A stretch of DNA of 62,991 bases, the filler included, from Chlamydiales bacterium (GTDB taxonomy: Bacteria; Chlamydiota; Chlamydiia; Chlamydiales; JACRBE01): assembly GCA_016213235.1 (NCBI GenBank). It is 6 parts of 6 records of this genome, joined end to end, with 100 filler letters (N's around TTAATTAATTAA, not from the genome) between each part and the next. Parts side by side here need not be neighbours in the genome. Positions count along the whole stretch, not along the records: positions 1 to 31,748 come from JACRBE010000021.1; positions 31,849 to 43,890 come from JACRBE010000020.1; 4 more parts are not named here. The stretch is one strand, 5' to 3'. Under the pieces are notes generated by a model. The model was not told the DNA's origin. It did not search any database and saw only the letters and a list, made by a program, of their open reading frames with translations. Below are positions 29,543 through 40,728 of the stretch, piece by piece (the stretch's first letter is position 1; every line of letters begins with the position of its first letter). Position numbers and translations under genes: made by a program.

Positions 29543-31748
29543 ATGAAATATTTATGTTTTTCTTCCCTAGTTATCATAGGATGTATCTCTTCGTGTGAGT
29601 TGTGTTCTGTTACTTATACCGTAACCAGCACGCTGGATGATGGTACTGCCGGCACATTGCGCTGGGCCATCAATCAGGCTAATCTTAATTCTGGCAGCAC
29701 AATCAACATCAATTCCGGCCTGACCATCAACCTAACTACAACTCCTGGACTCCCTTCTATTAATGTTCCCACAACAATTAATGGCAATGGAAGCACAATC
29801 GACGGAACCACTGCTTGTCGTATTTTTTTTATTAATAGTAGTGGTGTATCCATTACGGATCTTACCCTGTCTGGTGGAAATGCCCTTGGTGGAAGTGGCG
29901 GAAGCAGCGTGCAAAACTCTCCTTCCGGCGGCGGCGGTGGTGGTGGTGGTTTTGGTGCAGGTGGTGGTGTTTTTGTGAGTTCAGCTGGCAGTGCCACCAT
30001 TACTAATACGACATTTTCTTCTAACACGGCAGCTGGTGGTGCAGGTGGCATCGGAGGGCTTTATGTAGCAGGTAAATGTGGCGGTGGCGGCGGCGGTGGT
30101 GGTGGCCTTGCCGGAAATGGGGGCAATGGTGGAACAACAAGTTCATCTGGTGATTTTGGTGGCACCGGTGGTGGTGGTGGTGGTGGATATCCAATTACCT
30201 CGAGTCTTACTAATGATAATGGAGTCGCTGGCGCTCCGGAAGCAGGTACATATCAAGGAGGGGCCGGTGGCGCCGGCGGCGGTCCCGGAGGAAGCGGAGG
30301 AGCCCAAACTGCCGCTTCTTCTTCAGGTGGAGCTCCTGTTAATGGCAATGATGGTTCTCCGGGAGGATCTGCGGGTGAAGGCGGTGGCGGGGGTTCTGGA
30401 GGATCCGGTGGAGGCTTCTTTACCGGTGGTGCTGGTGGTATCGGTGGTCTTGGAAATGATTATAGTGGTGGTGGCGGTGGCGGCGGTGGAAGTGGTCAAC
30501 AAGGAGCTGCGAGTTCTGGAACTGGAAGCATTGGAGGAGCTGGTGGATTCGGTGGCGGTGGTGGCGGCGGGGGCACAAGCAACCAAGGAGGAAATCCTGG
30601 AGCAAATGGTGGATTCGGTGGTGGTGGTGGTGGTGGCGGCGGTGATGGCGGCGGCAGTAGTACTTATGGTGGTGGATCAGGAGCTCCGGGATTTGTTGGA
30701 CAGGGAAGTGGTGGCGGCGGATTCGGTGCTGGTGGTGGTGTTTTTGTCCAAAACGGGGGAGCTTTAATTTTATCTGGTAATATTCAATTCAGCAATAACG
30801 AATCTACAGGAGGGGCTGCTGGTGGTAGTGGTGCTACAGCAGGATCTTCTGCGGGAGATGATATTTTCTTCATGTCTGGGAGTAATTTAACATTTAACAA
30901 CACCTCCTCTCTTACCATTTCTTCTACTATAGATTCTGATAACTTAGCAGCTGGTGGAGGTCTCACAAAAAGTAATACAGGAACACTTAGTCTTTCTAAT
31001 GCTGCTAATACCTATCAAGGAGGAACCATCATTACTGGTGGTATTTTAAATATTGCAGGTGATGGATCATTAGGAGCCTCAGGCGCTGGCAATGGGGTGA
31101 CTTTGGGAGGAGGAACTCTACAAGCTGGTAATAATTTTACACTTGGCCGCACCATCGCCCTAACGACAGCTACCACCAGTTCGCTTGATGCAAATGGTAA
31201 TTCCTTAAACGTAAGTAGTATTGTTTCTGGCGCAGGCAATCTTAATATACTAGGGACCGGAGGAGGAACAACAACCCTTGCAAACACATCAAATAATTAT
31301 ACAGGCAACACTACTATTACTTCAGGAATACTAAGTATCAGCTCTGACGCATGTCTTGGAAGCGGTGGCGGCATTGTTCTATCTGGCGGAACTTTAACCA
31401 CTACTTCTACTGTTTCCACAAATAGACCAATCTCTTTAACCGTATCTACTTCTAGTACCATTAATGCAAATAGTAATAACTTTACTGCCTCTAACCAAAT
31501 ATCTGGTGGCGGGAACATTTCTATTACCAATGGCAATCTTGTTACTTTATCTGGTACAAACAACTATACAGGCAACACTTCTTTTAGCTCAGGCACATTA
31601 AATATCACCAATAATACTGCTATGGGCAATGGCGGCATTACTACCTTTGCAAATGGAACAACTCTTCAAGCTGGAGCTACTTTAAATAGTGTTGCAAACC
31701 CTATCAGTCTAACAAGCGGGACCGTTACCTTTGATACAAATGGCAATG
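29543..31748 (+). CDS. Glycine-rich autotransporter/adhesin passenger, truncated at contig end
   Basis: Signal peptide, GTLRWAINQAN start, poly-Gly tracts, passenger-associated repeats (GLTKSNTGTLSL..NTYQGGTIITGG, NNYTGNTT). Confidence 0.85.
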
Positions 31749-31848
31749 NNNNNNNNNNNNNNNNNNNNNNNNNNNNNNNNNNNNNNNNNNNNTTAATTAA
31801 TTAANNNNNNNNNNNNNNNNNNNNNNNNNNNNNNNNNNNNNNNNNNNN
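31749..31848. other. Artificial contig linker
   Basis: N44-TTAATTAATTAA-N44, with stops in all six frames. Confidence 0.98.
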
Positions 31849-32512
31849 AAAATAAACCATCCTCTCCACCAATGAGCGCCTGTTTTGGTTCAAAACAGGA
31901 GACTTCTTTTTCCAAATAGAGGTAGTCTTCTTCAGCAATATAAGGAGGATTACAAAACACATAATCTGCTTTAAGCCCTTGAAAAGGCTTTAAAAAATCT
32001 CCTACTAAAACGTCTATATCCACGTTGTTTGCCTCTGCATTTATCTTGGCAAGTTCCACACATGGCTGTGATATATCCGATGCATAGATAGATAAAGAAG
32101 GGTACCGTTTTTTTATACTAATACCAATGCATCCTGTGCCACAACACAAATCAAACACTGTTTTACCTTGTAGATCATCCTCTTTAATGATACCACACGC
32201 TCTATCAACTAAAAGCTCTGTTTCCTGTCTTGGTATGAGGGCATCTTGAGATACTTGAATGCTGCAAGAAAAAAAGGAGACCTCATTTAAAATATATTGA
32301 AGCGGCTCTCCGGCAAGTCTTCTTTGCAGCATGTCATTTAATCTGTTCCACTCCTCTTCACTAATGATATGGTCATAGTGAAGATATAAATCCATAGGAT
32401 GCATATGGAGAATAAAAGAGAGTAGATCTTCTGCTACTTGAGAATATGAATTAATATTAGCGCTCTTTAAATAAAGCTTTGATTCACGAAGAACGTCTCT
32501 TAGTATCTTCAT
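31849..32512 (-). CDS. prmC: Release factor glutamine methyltransferase, 3'-truncated
   Basis: [28 protein letters not shown]. It overlaps the prfA stop. Confidence 0.93.
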
Positions 32513-33582
32513 GACACTGCATTTTCTAATTTTTGCTGATGGAAATAAGAAACTAAGGTATTTGTCACCTCATCTAGATCCCCTTGCATCACTCGGTCCA
32601 AATTATACAACGTTAAATTAACACGATGATCTGTCAGTCTGTTTTGAGGGAAATTATAGGTCCTGATTCTTTCTGAACGATCCCCACTGCCTACTTGAGA
32701 TGCTCGAAGGGAAGAAATCTCTTGCTGTTTTTTCAATCTTTGTTGTTCTGCAATTTTTGCTGTAAGCAACCGAAGGGCTTTATCTTTATTTTTATGTTGA
32801 GATCGCTCTTCCTGACAATATACTACTGTATTGGTAGGCAAGTGTGTGATGCGCACTGCAGAGTCTGTAGTATTGACATGTTGTCCACCGGCACCCGACG
32901 ATCGATAGGTATCTATCTTAAGATCTCTCTCATCAATTTCGATCTGCTCTTCTTCATCTGGTTCAATTAAAATAGCTACAGTGACTGCAGAGGTATGTAC
33001 TCTTCCTTGGGTCTCCGTATCCGGCACTCGTTGCACTCGATGAGTCCCTGCTTCATACTGCATCAGCCTATGCACATTCTGACCACTTATGACCATAATA
33101 TACTCTTTAAAACCACCCAGATCAGACGGAGCGCAAGAAAGAAGTTCACAACTCCACCCCTTTGCAGCAGCATATAGTTGGTACATTCTTACACAGTCTC
33201 CAACAAAGATGGCAGCCTCATCGCCCCCTGTACCTGCCCTTAATTCAATGATCGTACTTTTATTATCATTAGGATCAGGAGGAACAAGCAGCGTCTCTAT
33301 TTGAGAGTAAAGAGCTGGAACTATTTTTTCCAGTTTAGTGATTTCTTCTTGTATAATACTGAGAAACTCAATATCAGATTCTGATTTTAACAGTTGTTTG
33401 TTTTCTTCCAGCTGTTTTTTAGCAAGCATATACTGTTGCCAAGTCTCCTTGACTTCAAGTAAATAAGAATGCTCCCGAGTCAGTTCCTTATATTTCTTTT
33501 TATCAAGAATGGTATCAGGCTGTCCCAGAAGCTCTTCTATCGTAGAAAGTTTATCAATTAACTTTAAAACTTTATCTTCCAA
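32509..33582 (-). CDS. prfA: Peptide chain release factor 1
   Basis: [37 protein letters not shown]. Confidence 0.97.
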   Translation of the reverse strand: MEDKVLKLIDKLSTIEELLGQPDTILDKKKYKELTREHSYLLEVKETWQQYMLAKKQLEENKQLLKSESDIEFLSIIQEEITKLEKIVPALYSQIETLLVPPDPNDNKSTIIELRAGTGGDEAAIFVGDCVRMYQLYAAAKGWSCELLSCAPSDLGGFKEYIMVISGQNVHRLMQYEAGTHRVQRVPDTETQGRVHTSAVTVAILIEPDEEEQIEIDERDLKIDTYRSSGAGGQHVNTTDSAVRITHLPTNTVVYCQEERSQHKNKDKALRLLTAKIAEQQRLKKQQEISSLRASQVGSGDRSERIRTYNFPQNRLTDHRVNLTLYNLDRVMQGDLDEVTNTLVSYFHQQKLENAVS

Positions 33583-33586
33583 TCAA

Positions 33587-33928
33587 CTAACTTTTCTTTT
33601 TTGCTGCCGGTTTTTTCGCTTTTGGACTTTTCTTAGAATCGTCTTTTTCTTCCTTTTCCTCTTCCACTATTTTTTTAGCATTAGCTGCAGCCTGGCTATA
33701 GCGCTTCATAAACTTATCTACTCTACCTTCCGAGTCAATAAATTGTTGTGATCCTGTGAAAAACGGGTGTGATGCAGAAGATATCGACAATCGATACACA
33801 GGATATTCTTTTCCTTCAAACTTTTCTGTTTCTTTTGGTTGCAATGTGCTACCGCATACAAATCTATATCCTGTAGCAGTATCAACAAAAAGCACGTCTT
33901 GATATGGTGGGTGACCTTCTTTCTTCAT
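33587..33928 (-). CDS. rpmE: 50S ribosomal protein L31, type B
   Basis: [24 protein letters not shown]. Confidence 0.95.
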   Translation of the reverse strand: MKKEGHPPYQDVLFVDTATGYRFVCGSTLQPKETEKFEGKEYPVYRLSISSASHPFFTGSQQFIDSEGRVDKFMKRYSQAAANAKKIVEEEKEEKDDSKKSPKAKKPAAKKKS

Positions 33929-34042
33929 GAGAAACTCCTTTTAAATAAGCAAAAATCGTAACTACCTTTTTGATAAACTTCAAGTCCTATTTTATATCCA
34001 TCAAGAAGACTACCTATTTTTCTTATCAATATAAATTTTTAT

Positions 34043-35554
34043 TTACCCACCTTCAATATCCCTTAATAATCCCTGTATCCAATGTAAAATTCTCTCCATA
34101 TCCACACTGGCATATCTAGATGATATGCTATGATAATATTCTAGCAACCCTATCCATTTTTCATACTGATTTACAAAAACACCATTTTGACCACCCTTTC
34201 CAAAAGAGTATTCTTGCCGTAAGTGCTGTATAGCAAAAGAAATTGTTTGTAAAAAAGCATAAACATCTGTTCTTTTAGATTGGAACTGATGATGTAAACC
34301 AATCCCTGATGTATATGCCGGGGTTCCTCTTATCTTTGCTTGCATCTGGCTTTGAATAGTTCCCAACAAGTAGGAGATATCTTCCTGTATATTTATTTCT
34401 ATCATATAGAAAAGGATGTTTGACATCTCATTATATAACACATATTCCAGACTTGGATACTCTATTGTTTCATCATAATACTCACAAAAAGATTTTGTAA
34501 TCGTTTTAAAACTACTATTTTCTTTTATTACCTCCAATCTTTCTTGTCCTGAAAGAGGGTTTTCTCTTGGCGCTGCTGTATGCCGCCCATCCCAATAGAC
34601 AATACAAGCTTCCTCTGCTCTCCTAAAGCATGCCACTTGTTCTGCTCTCCACTCTGTTATGGTTATTAATTCATGAAGATCTGCTAACGAGGCAACGCCC
34701 CCTTTTAATAATATATTGCCTAACTTAATATCTCGATGGATATATCCCCTCTCATGAAGCGACTCTATAGCCTGCCCAATTTGATAAAGGTAACGCAACG
34801 TTTGTATGATGATTTTTTTTTGTCCTATTTTAGGTTGTCTTTTAGCTAAAAATTGCGATAAAGAGGTTTCTTGTTTTTCTACAAGCAAACTCACTTTATT
34901 TGGATTTTCTTCTCTCTGCCAACAGACATAGGATGATGTAAATAGATGAGGCACTCCTCTAGTTCTTTTCATATTAGTCCATTCTCTTATTAAAGATGGA
35001 CGACAATTTTTACGAATACGATATTCAAGTGCTGAAAATACTTTTCCAACCAACATGACATTTGTCGATACATCTCTCTGTATAGGAACAATATAAGAAT
35101 GAATTAATTTTTTACTGCTTCCCTCCGAAGGTATCTTTTCCGTATTAATAATTATACCAAATTGAGGGAGACACTGTATCGTATAAAAACCGGGCCGCTT
35201 ATTTTTTTTATCCCATACATATGTTTGTTCTTGTAAAGGAGCCAATAACCATCTTACGACTAACGATATTTGTTCTTCCCTTATATGCGGTATTACCCGT
35301 GTAACCGAGCGCCTGATAGCACTAACTGGCTCCGGCAACGTATACATACAAAAAGAGATTGTTCTTAAGATATAATCGCTACATGTAGGCGCTATTTTCA
35401 ATTTATCTAAAGCAAATGCATCTACACCAAGAACACTCCTTTTTTCAGAGGCAGGCTCTTCCCAGGCGGTACGTTGAGCCCTTTCTGATGTTCTAAGCTC
35501 TACAGCCGGCGCAATCACGTTAATTGTTGGAACAACTCTATTAAATGTATCCAT
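34043..35554 (-). CDS. Divergent protein kinase-like protein
   Basis: HRDIKLGNILL, LADL, RGTPAY, TDVYAF. Confidence 0.75.
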   Translation of the reverse strand: MDTFNRVVPTINVIAPAVELRTSERAQRTAWEEPASEKRSVLGVDAFALDKLKIAPTCSDYILRTISFCMYTLPEPVSAIRRSVTRVIPHIREEQISLVVRWLLAPLQEQTYVWDKKNKRPGFYTIQCLPQFGIIINTEKIPSEGSSKKLIHSYIVPIQRDVSTNVMLVGKVFSALEYRIRKNCRPSLIREWTNMKRTRGVPHLFTSSYVCWQREENPNKVSLLVEKQETSLSQFLAKRQPKIGQKKIIIQTLRYLYQIGQAIESLHERGYIHRDIKLGNILLKGGVASLADLHELITITEWRAEQVACFRRAEEACIVYWDGRHTAAPRENPLSGQERLEVIKENSSFKTITKSFCEYYDETIEYPSLEYVLYNEMSNILFYMIEINIQEDISYLLGTIQSQMQAKIRGTPAYTSGIGLHHQFQSKRTDVYAFLQTISFAIQHLRQEYSFGKGGQNGVFVNQYEKWIGLLEYYHSISSRYASVDMERILHWIQGLLRDIEGG

Positions 35555-35727
35555 AACACCATTAAATTTTTCAGCAATTATATCGTGTTATGAAATAAAA
35601 ACAAATCTAGATTAAAAACTAATATATATAAAAAATGTTTTAATAGACACCACTCAAATCAATCATCAAAAAATAGAAAAAAAAGGACTCTTTATTTACA
35701 CTCTAACAAAAAAACTCAAAGCTACGA

Positions 35728-36645
35728 ATGCTAAAATATACTTATAATCATACAGCAATGCCTCCTAGTTTAAGAAAAATTTTAACCTGGATGGTACTTC
35801 TTAGTAGTGTTGGAGCATTAACACATAGGCTCTACTTACCTTGGATAGAAACCAATATACAGTCTCTACTAGCTTTATCTTCTTGGGGTATTTCTCATGG
35901 GATGATTTGGCAATTTTTTACTTATCTATTCGTGCAACCAATAGGCTCTAACATCACTTTTTCTTTCTTTACACAGTTGTTTTTCAATTTATTCCTTACC
36001 TTCTACATAGGAAAATCGATTATTGAGTGGAAAGGATACAAACACTTTTATTTTCTATTCTTAACCGGTGGCGTCTTTTCTGCTATAGCGACCACGTTGT
36101 TATTATTATCCTTTCATAGCCCGTTTTATCTTGCAGGATGCCACCATGTTATCTATAGTTTGCTCACAGGATGGATGTTTTTATTTCCTGCTAGAGAGTT
36201 GCTATTCTTTCTAGTGTTTCCAATAAAAATAAAGTGGCTTCTGGTTATTGCTGCAGCTTCTACGCTATTTATCGATCTTGCCAATGGAAACTTTGTTAAC
36301 TTTTTCTCTATCCTATTTAGCATCTTATTTGGCTACTTTTATTCTCTTATTGTGTTTGAACTACATAGTGCATTTCCTCTACTACATGCGTTTGAAAAGA
36401 AAATTTTTTCTCTAAAAAAGCGCTTATTTGGATCTAAAAAAGAATCCATTGAGACGTTTATGAATCCTAGAAAAAGAAAAATCTATGATTTCAAAACAGG
36501 AAAAGTCATTTTAGATGATGAAACATTCATGGATGTATGTTTAGAAAAAATTGCAAAACTTGGTAAAAGTTCGCTCTCTTTATATGAACGCTTTCGTTTA
36601 AAAAGAATCACCAGGAAAAGAAAAAAATCTAACGGTTTTCTCTAG
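35728..36645 (+). CDS. Rhomboid-family membrane protein, probably non-catalytic
   Basis: IWQFFTYLF, multiple TMs, C-terminal LEKIAKLGKSSLS..ER tail. The GxS catalytic motif is not evident. Confidence 0.75.
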   Translation: MLKYTYNHTAMPPSLRKILTWMVLLSSVGALTHRLYLPWIETNIQSLLALSSWGISHGMIWQFFTYLFVQPIGSNITFSFFTQLFFNLFLTFYIGKSIIEWKGYKHFYFLFLTGGVFSAIATTLLLLSFHSPFYLAGCHHVIYSLLTGWMFLFPARELLFFLVFPIKIKWLLVIAAASTLFIDLANGNFVNFFSILFSILFGYFYSLIVFELHSAFPLLHAFEKKIFSLKKRLFGSKKESIETFMNPRKRKIYDFKTGKVILDDETFMDVCLEKIAKLGKSSLSLYERFRLKRITRKRKKSNGFL

Positions 36646-36871
36646 TATATGCCATCCATGCAGCATAAGCGCTTTGAAGACCTTCCAACACACCCTCTTC
36701 ATATCGAAAATAGGGGTGATTTTCCAGTTCTGGAAAATCATTTGGCTGCATGATATCCTCTGCAGTAACATAAGGGTTAATGTGGTTTGCACAGCAGAGC
36801 AATCTCTCTTTTTGCTGCTTTATCATCTCTTCAAACAGAGACCCTGCATCCTGATAAATTCCATTTTTCAT
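36629..36871 (-). CDS. Small chlamydial hypothetical protein
   Basis: EDIMQPNDFPELENHPYFRYEEGVLEG. ATG 36871 follows AAGGAG. Confidence 0.75.
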   Translation of the reverse strand: MKNGIYQDAGSLFEEMIKQQKERLLCCANHINPYVTAEDIMQPNDFPELENHPYFRYEEGVLEGLQSAYAAWMAYTRENR

Positions 36872-37313
36872 TTTTTCTCCTTTTTGCAAAAAAATCTTTT
36901 AACAGCTGCCCTGCGATCGGATAATCTGTGTTATAAATAATTTGAATTTGATGAATCGGATGTTTTTTTGCAAATATATCAATAAAACTACCATTTGCAC
37001 CATGTCGATAATCTTTTGCAAGATAGATCAAGCGATCAAGGCGATGCAAAATCAGTGATCCTGCACACATGATACAAGGCTCTAGCGTACATACCATGAT
37101 ACACCCATTTAATCTCCAATCTCCTAATTTTTTTGTCGCTTTTTTGATAGCTATCATTTCTGCATGGGCCGAAGCATCTTTTTTTTTCTCTATAAGGTTA
37201 TACCCTGATGAAATAAAAGTGTTTTCTTTAAAAATAACCGCGCCAACAGGAACTTCCCCTTGTTGGTAGGCCTGCAGAGCCTTTTTTATGGCTAAATTAA
37301 TAAATGTTTCCAT
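36831..37313 (-). CDS. tadA: tRNA adenosine(34) deaminase
   Basis: GEVPVGAV, AHAEM, TLEPCIMC. Confidence 0.93.
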   Translation of the reverse strand: METFINLAIKKALQAYQQGEVPVGAVIFKENTFISSGYNLIEKKKDASAHAEMIAIKKATKKLGDWRLNGCIMVCTLEPCIMCAGSLILHRLDRLIYLAKDYRHGANGSFIDIFAKKHPIHQIQIIYNTDYPIAGQLLKDFFAKRRKNEKWNLSGCRVSV

Positions 37314-37483
37314 GTATAAATAAAAATTTAATTAGTGTTTTTTACTGCACTGCATGCAACTCAATATTTTATTACTACTTAAGTAGTATTTAGATGTGTT
37401 GATATTATGGCTTTATTCTGATAAAATATCTATTGCATATATTTACTATATGTTGTCATAAAAAATATATAATGCCTAAGACT

Positions 37484-37533
37484 GTGGGGTTCGACTGACC
37501 TGACGTTCTTCGTGGTTTTAGGTGAAACCCTAT
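37484..37533 (+). promoter_or_regulatory. Structured rpsO 5' leader (putative S15 autoregulatory RNA)
   Basis: GTGGGGTT/AACCCTAT and ACCTGA/TTAGGT stems lie between TATAAT (37468-37473) and the RBS. Confidence 0.55.
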
Positions 37534-37556
37534 ATAAAATAAAAAGGGAAATGTCT

Positions 37557-37826
37557 ATGGCTTTAGATAAAGGTCTCAAAGAAGAGATTACAAAAAAATT
37601 TCAGCTGCATGAAAAGGATACTGGTTCTGCAGACGTTCAGATAGCTTTGCTTTCTGAAAGAATAACAGAGCTCAATGATCATCTTAAGATCAATACCAAG
37701 GATCACGCTTCCAGACTAGCATTAATCAAGCTTGTTGGTCAAAGAAGAAAGCTTCTTGATTACTTGAATGCAACTGATACTAAGAGATATCAAACGCTTA
37801 TCAATCGTTTAAGTCTCAGAAAATAG
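37557..37826 (+). CDS. rpsO: 30S ribosomal protein S15
   Basis: [28 protein letters not shown]. Confidence 0.97.
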   Translation: MALDKGLKEEITKKFQLHEKDTGSADVQIALLSERITELNDHLKINTKDHASRLALIKLVGQRRKLLDYLNATDTKRYQTLINRLSLRK

Positions 37827-37852
37827 TCTATTCTTTGTACTATTTTTTTTAC

Positions 37853-37885
37853 AAAAACCGCTGAAATCTAATTTCAGCGGTTTTT
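37853..37885 (+). terminator. Rho-independent terminator after rpsO
   Basis: AAAAACCGCTGAAAT-CTA-ATTTCAGCGGTTTTT. Confidence 0.85.
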
Positions 37886-37974
37886 GATTTCCTTCCCATC
37901 TATTCCAGTCTTTGTTATCATCTACCTATTTTAGATACACATATATATTTTTTAACTATGGAGCAACTATATTA

Positions 37975-40185
37975 ATGAAATCACAAACTCTTACCGTTTC
38001 AGTTAGTGGGAAAACTCTTACCTTTGAAACAGGAAAAATCGCACGTCAAGCCGGCGGTAGTGTCTTACTTCGCAGTGGAGATACTGTTATTTTATCCACT
38101 GCTTGCGCTGCAAAAGCCCCAGACCCTGCAGTCGACTTCTTCCCTCTTCGTGTGGATTATATAGAAAAATTTTCTTCCGCAGGAAAAACCCTTGGCGGAT
38201 TTATTAAAAGAGAGGGAAAACTTTCTGAAAAAGAAGTTCTCGTTTCTCGTTTAATTGATAGACCATTAAGACCTATGTTTGAAGATGGTTATTTTAATGA
38301 AGTACAGGTTTTAAATTATGTCATGTCTTATGACAGCGGACATCCACCGGAGGCCCTTGCTATTTGCGCAGCCTCTGCTGCTTTAGTGATATCGGAAATA
38401 CCATTGAAGAAACCGATTGCCGGCGTAAAGGTTGGTATGATCAACGATGAGTTTATTATCAACCCAACAAGCGAAGAATTAAAAAACTCGCGTTTAGATC
38501 TTATCCTTGCAGGAACTGTAGATGCTATTTTAATGATCGAAGGATATGCAGACTTTCTAACAGAAGAGCAAATCTTGGAAGCAATTGAAGAGGGACATAA
38601 AGCGATCCAAATCATTTGCCAGCATCTTAGCGATTGGCAACAAGTAGTTGGTAAGGAAAAAGTAAGAGACAACCTAGTGGTTATACCTGATGAACTAAAG
38701 AGCGGCATAGACACTCTGATTGGAAAAAAACTCCAAGATGGACTTAGAATTAGCGAGAAGCTAAAACGAGAAGAGTTATTATCGACTATTCACAGCGATA
38801 CGCTGGAGCATTATTTAGGTGAAAATAGTAAGCAACCTTATTCAAAGCCACAAGTTGAGCTAGCATACAAAGAAGTCTCTTCCAGATATATGCGAGAAAT
38901 GATCTTAAGTGAGAATATACGAGCAGATGGTAGAAGTTGTGAAGAGATCCGTCCTATTTTTATCGAACAAAGCTTATTGCCAAGGGCTCATGGTAGCGCT
39001 TTATTTACGCGTGGCGAAACACAATCACTTGCTGTTTGTACCCTTGGACCTGAAACCATGGGTCAACGTTTTGAAACTCTAGAAGGTGAAGGTCTAAGCC
39101 GTTTTTATCTACAATATTCTTTCCCTCCTTTTTCTGTTGGAGAAGTAGGAAGAATGGGACCTCCTGGTAGAAGAGAAGTGGGACATGGCAAGCTCGCAGA
39201 AAGAGCTTTAATGGCAGCGCTTCCTGATATCACCACGTTTCCTTACACTATTCGCTTAGAATCCAACATTACAGAGTCCAATGGATCTTCTTCTATGGCA
39301 TCTGTGTGTGGTGGCTGTTTATCTATGATGGATGCAGGTGTTCCCATTACAAGACCGGTTGCAGGTATTGCAATGGGTCTTTTACTCGAGCAGGATCGTT
39401 TTGCTATTCTTTCCGACATTCTCGGTGTGGAAGATGCTCTTGGTGATATGGACTTTAAAGTCACCGGAGACGCACATGGCATTACCGCATTCCAACTCGA
39501 TATTAAAGTCGAGGGTATCACGCATCACATTATGGAATCTGCTCTAAAACAGGCTAAACAGGGCCGCCTTCATATCTTAAATAAGATGATAGGAGCTTGC
39601 CCAGAGTCGAAGAAACACTTATCACAATATGCACCTCGTATTGAAACAATCCAGATACCAACGAGCAAAATTGCTCTTTTAATTGGACCTGGTGGTAAGC
39701 AAATTAGAGCAATTATTGAAGAAACAGGTGTCGATATCAATATCAACGATGATGGTGTTGTAAGTATTGCTTCTGTAAGTGTAGAAGCAATGGACAGAGC
39801 AAAAGAACTTGTCCACAACGTCGTTGCAGAAGTAGAGGTTGGTAAAACTTATAAGGGAGAGATTGTATCGATTGTTCCTTTTGGACTTTTTGTGAAAATA
39901 TTTAGTCGTGAAGGACTTTGCCATATCTCTGAGATTGATCACAAACGTCTTGATACGTTAGAAGGATTATTCAAAATAGGAGAATCCATTGAAGTGAAGG
40001 TACTTGAGATCAATGATCGTGGACAAATAAAACTTTCCAGAAAAGTATTATTACCAAGACCTTCTCACGATGAAGGATCTTCTGGTGAATCTCATCAAAG
40101 AGAACCTAGAAGAGAACATCGTGAGCAAAGAGAACCTAGAAAACCGATGGTACTCACTCCACCTCCCATTAATATCAATTCCTAG
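37975..40185 (+). CDS. pnp: Polyribonucleotide nucleotidyltransferase
   Basis: FFPLRVDY, HGSALFTRGETQ, SNGSSSMA, GDMDFKVTG, KH (IGPGGK) and S1 domains. Confidence 0.97.
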   Translation: MKSQTLTVSVSGKTLTFETGKIARQAGGSVLLRSGDTVILSTACAAKAPDPAVDFFPLRVDYIEKFSSAGKTLGGFIKREGKLSEKEVLVSRLIDRPLRPMFEDGYFNEVQVLNYVMSYDSGHPPEALAICAASAALVISEIPLKKPIAGVKVGMINDEFIINPTSEELKNSRLDLILAGTVDAILMIEGYADFLTEEQILEAIEEGHKAIQIICQHLSDWQQVVGKEKVRDNLVVIPDELKSGIDTLIGKKLQDGLRISEKLKREELLSTIHSDTLEHYLGENSKQPYSKPQVELAYKEVSSRYMREMILSENIRADGRSCEEIRPIFIEQSLLPRAHGSALFTRGETQSLAVCTLGPETMGQRFETLEGEGLSRFYLQYSFPPFSVGEVGRMGPPGRREVGHGKLAERALMAALPDITTFPYTIRLESNITESNGSSSMASVCGGCLSMMDAGVPITRPVAGIAMGLLLEQDRFAILSDILGVEDALGDMDFKVTGDAHGITAFQLDIKVEGITHHIMESALKQAKQGRLHILNKMIGACPESKKHLSQYAPRIETIQIPTSKIALLIGPGGKQIRAIIEETGVDININDDGVVSIASVSVEAMDRAKELVHNVVAEVEVGKTYKGEIVSIVPFGLFVKIFSREGLCHISEIDHKRLDTLEGLFKIGESIEVKVLEINDRGQIKLSRKVLLPRPSHDEGSSGESHQREPRREHREQREPRKPMVLTPPPININS

Positions 40186-40195
40186 TCACCATATA

Positions 40196-40249
40196 GGCAG
40201 CTGGAGACCTGCTCCTTCAGGAGCGGGAGGAAAAGCTGCCCGTTTTTTT
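40196..40249 (+). terminator. Two-stem hairpin with U-tract after pnp
   Basis: GGCAGCT/AGCTGCC enclosing CCTGCTCC-TTCA-GGAGCGGG, then CG and T7. Confidence 0.6.
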
Positions 40250-40332
40250 CCGGTGCGAGCTACCTTTTTCTTTTCATGTTATAACAACTAGGTTTGTTTA
40301 TTTAAAATAGTTTGCCAATATAGCTCATCATG

Positions 40333-40728
40333 TCAGGTTGTTTGATAGCGTTCCCAAATAACTTGTAGTTGCGATGAGAGTATTAATGGATCAAATGGTT
40401 TGACAATTATATCCACCACACCCATTTTCAAAAATTGTTCTTGTCTGTTTGTTATAACACTAGCTGTAAAAAAGACGATAGGAGTCTTCATTGTTTCAGG
40501 AATTTTCCTGAGGGCTTGCACGGTAGCGGGACCATCCATGATTGGCATCAAAATATCCAGAAGGATAAGATCTGGTTGAAACTCTGTAGCTTCCTTCACA
40601 GCTTGCTCTCCTGATGACACACTTTTTACTACATACTGGGGATTCATTTCTAAAGAATATCTACAGATAATAAGGATATCCGGATCGTCATCGACAACTA
40701 AAATTTTTCTAAGAGGTTTTAAAGTCAT
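40333..40728 (-). CDS. Single-domain response regulator (CheY-like receiver)
   Basis: ILVVDDD, PDLILLDILMPIMDG, FFTA, KPF. Confidence 0.92.
   Translation of the reverse strand: MTLKPLRKILVVDDDPDILIICRYSLEMNPQYVVKSVSSGEQAVKEATEFQPDLILLDILMPIMDGPATVQALRKIPETMKTPIVFFTASVITNRQEQFLKMGVVDIIVKPFDPLILSSQLQVIWERYQTT

Noticed and set aside
29674..31563. Poly-Pro, poly-Val and poly-His/Thr ORFs in alternative frames
   Set aside because: By-products of the GGN-rich autotransporter codons.
40196..40249. Possible SRP RNA, since the minus strand has TCC-TGAA-GGA-GCAG
   Set aside because: It lacks the CAGG/AGCA symmetric loop and GNRA tetraloop of SRP domain IV.
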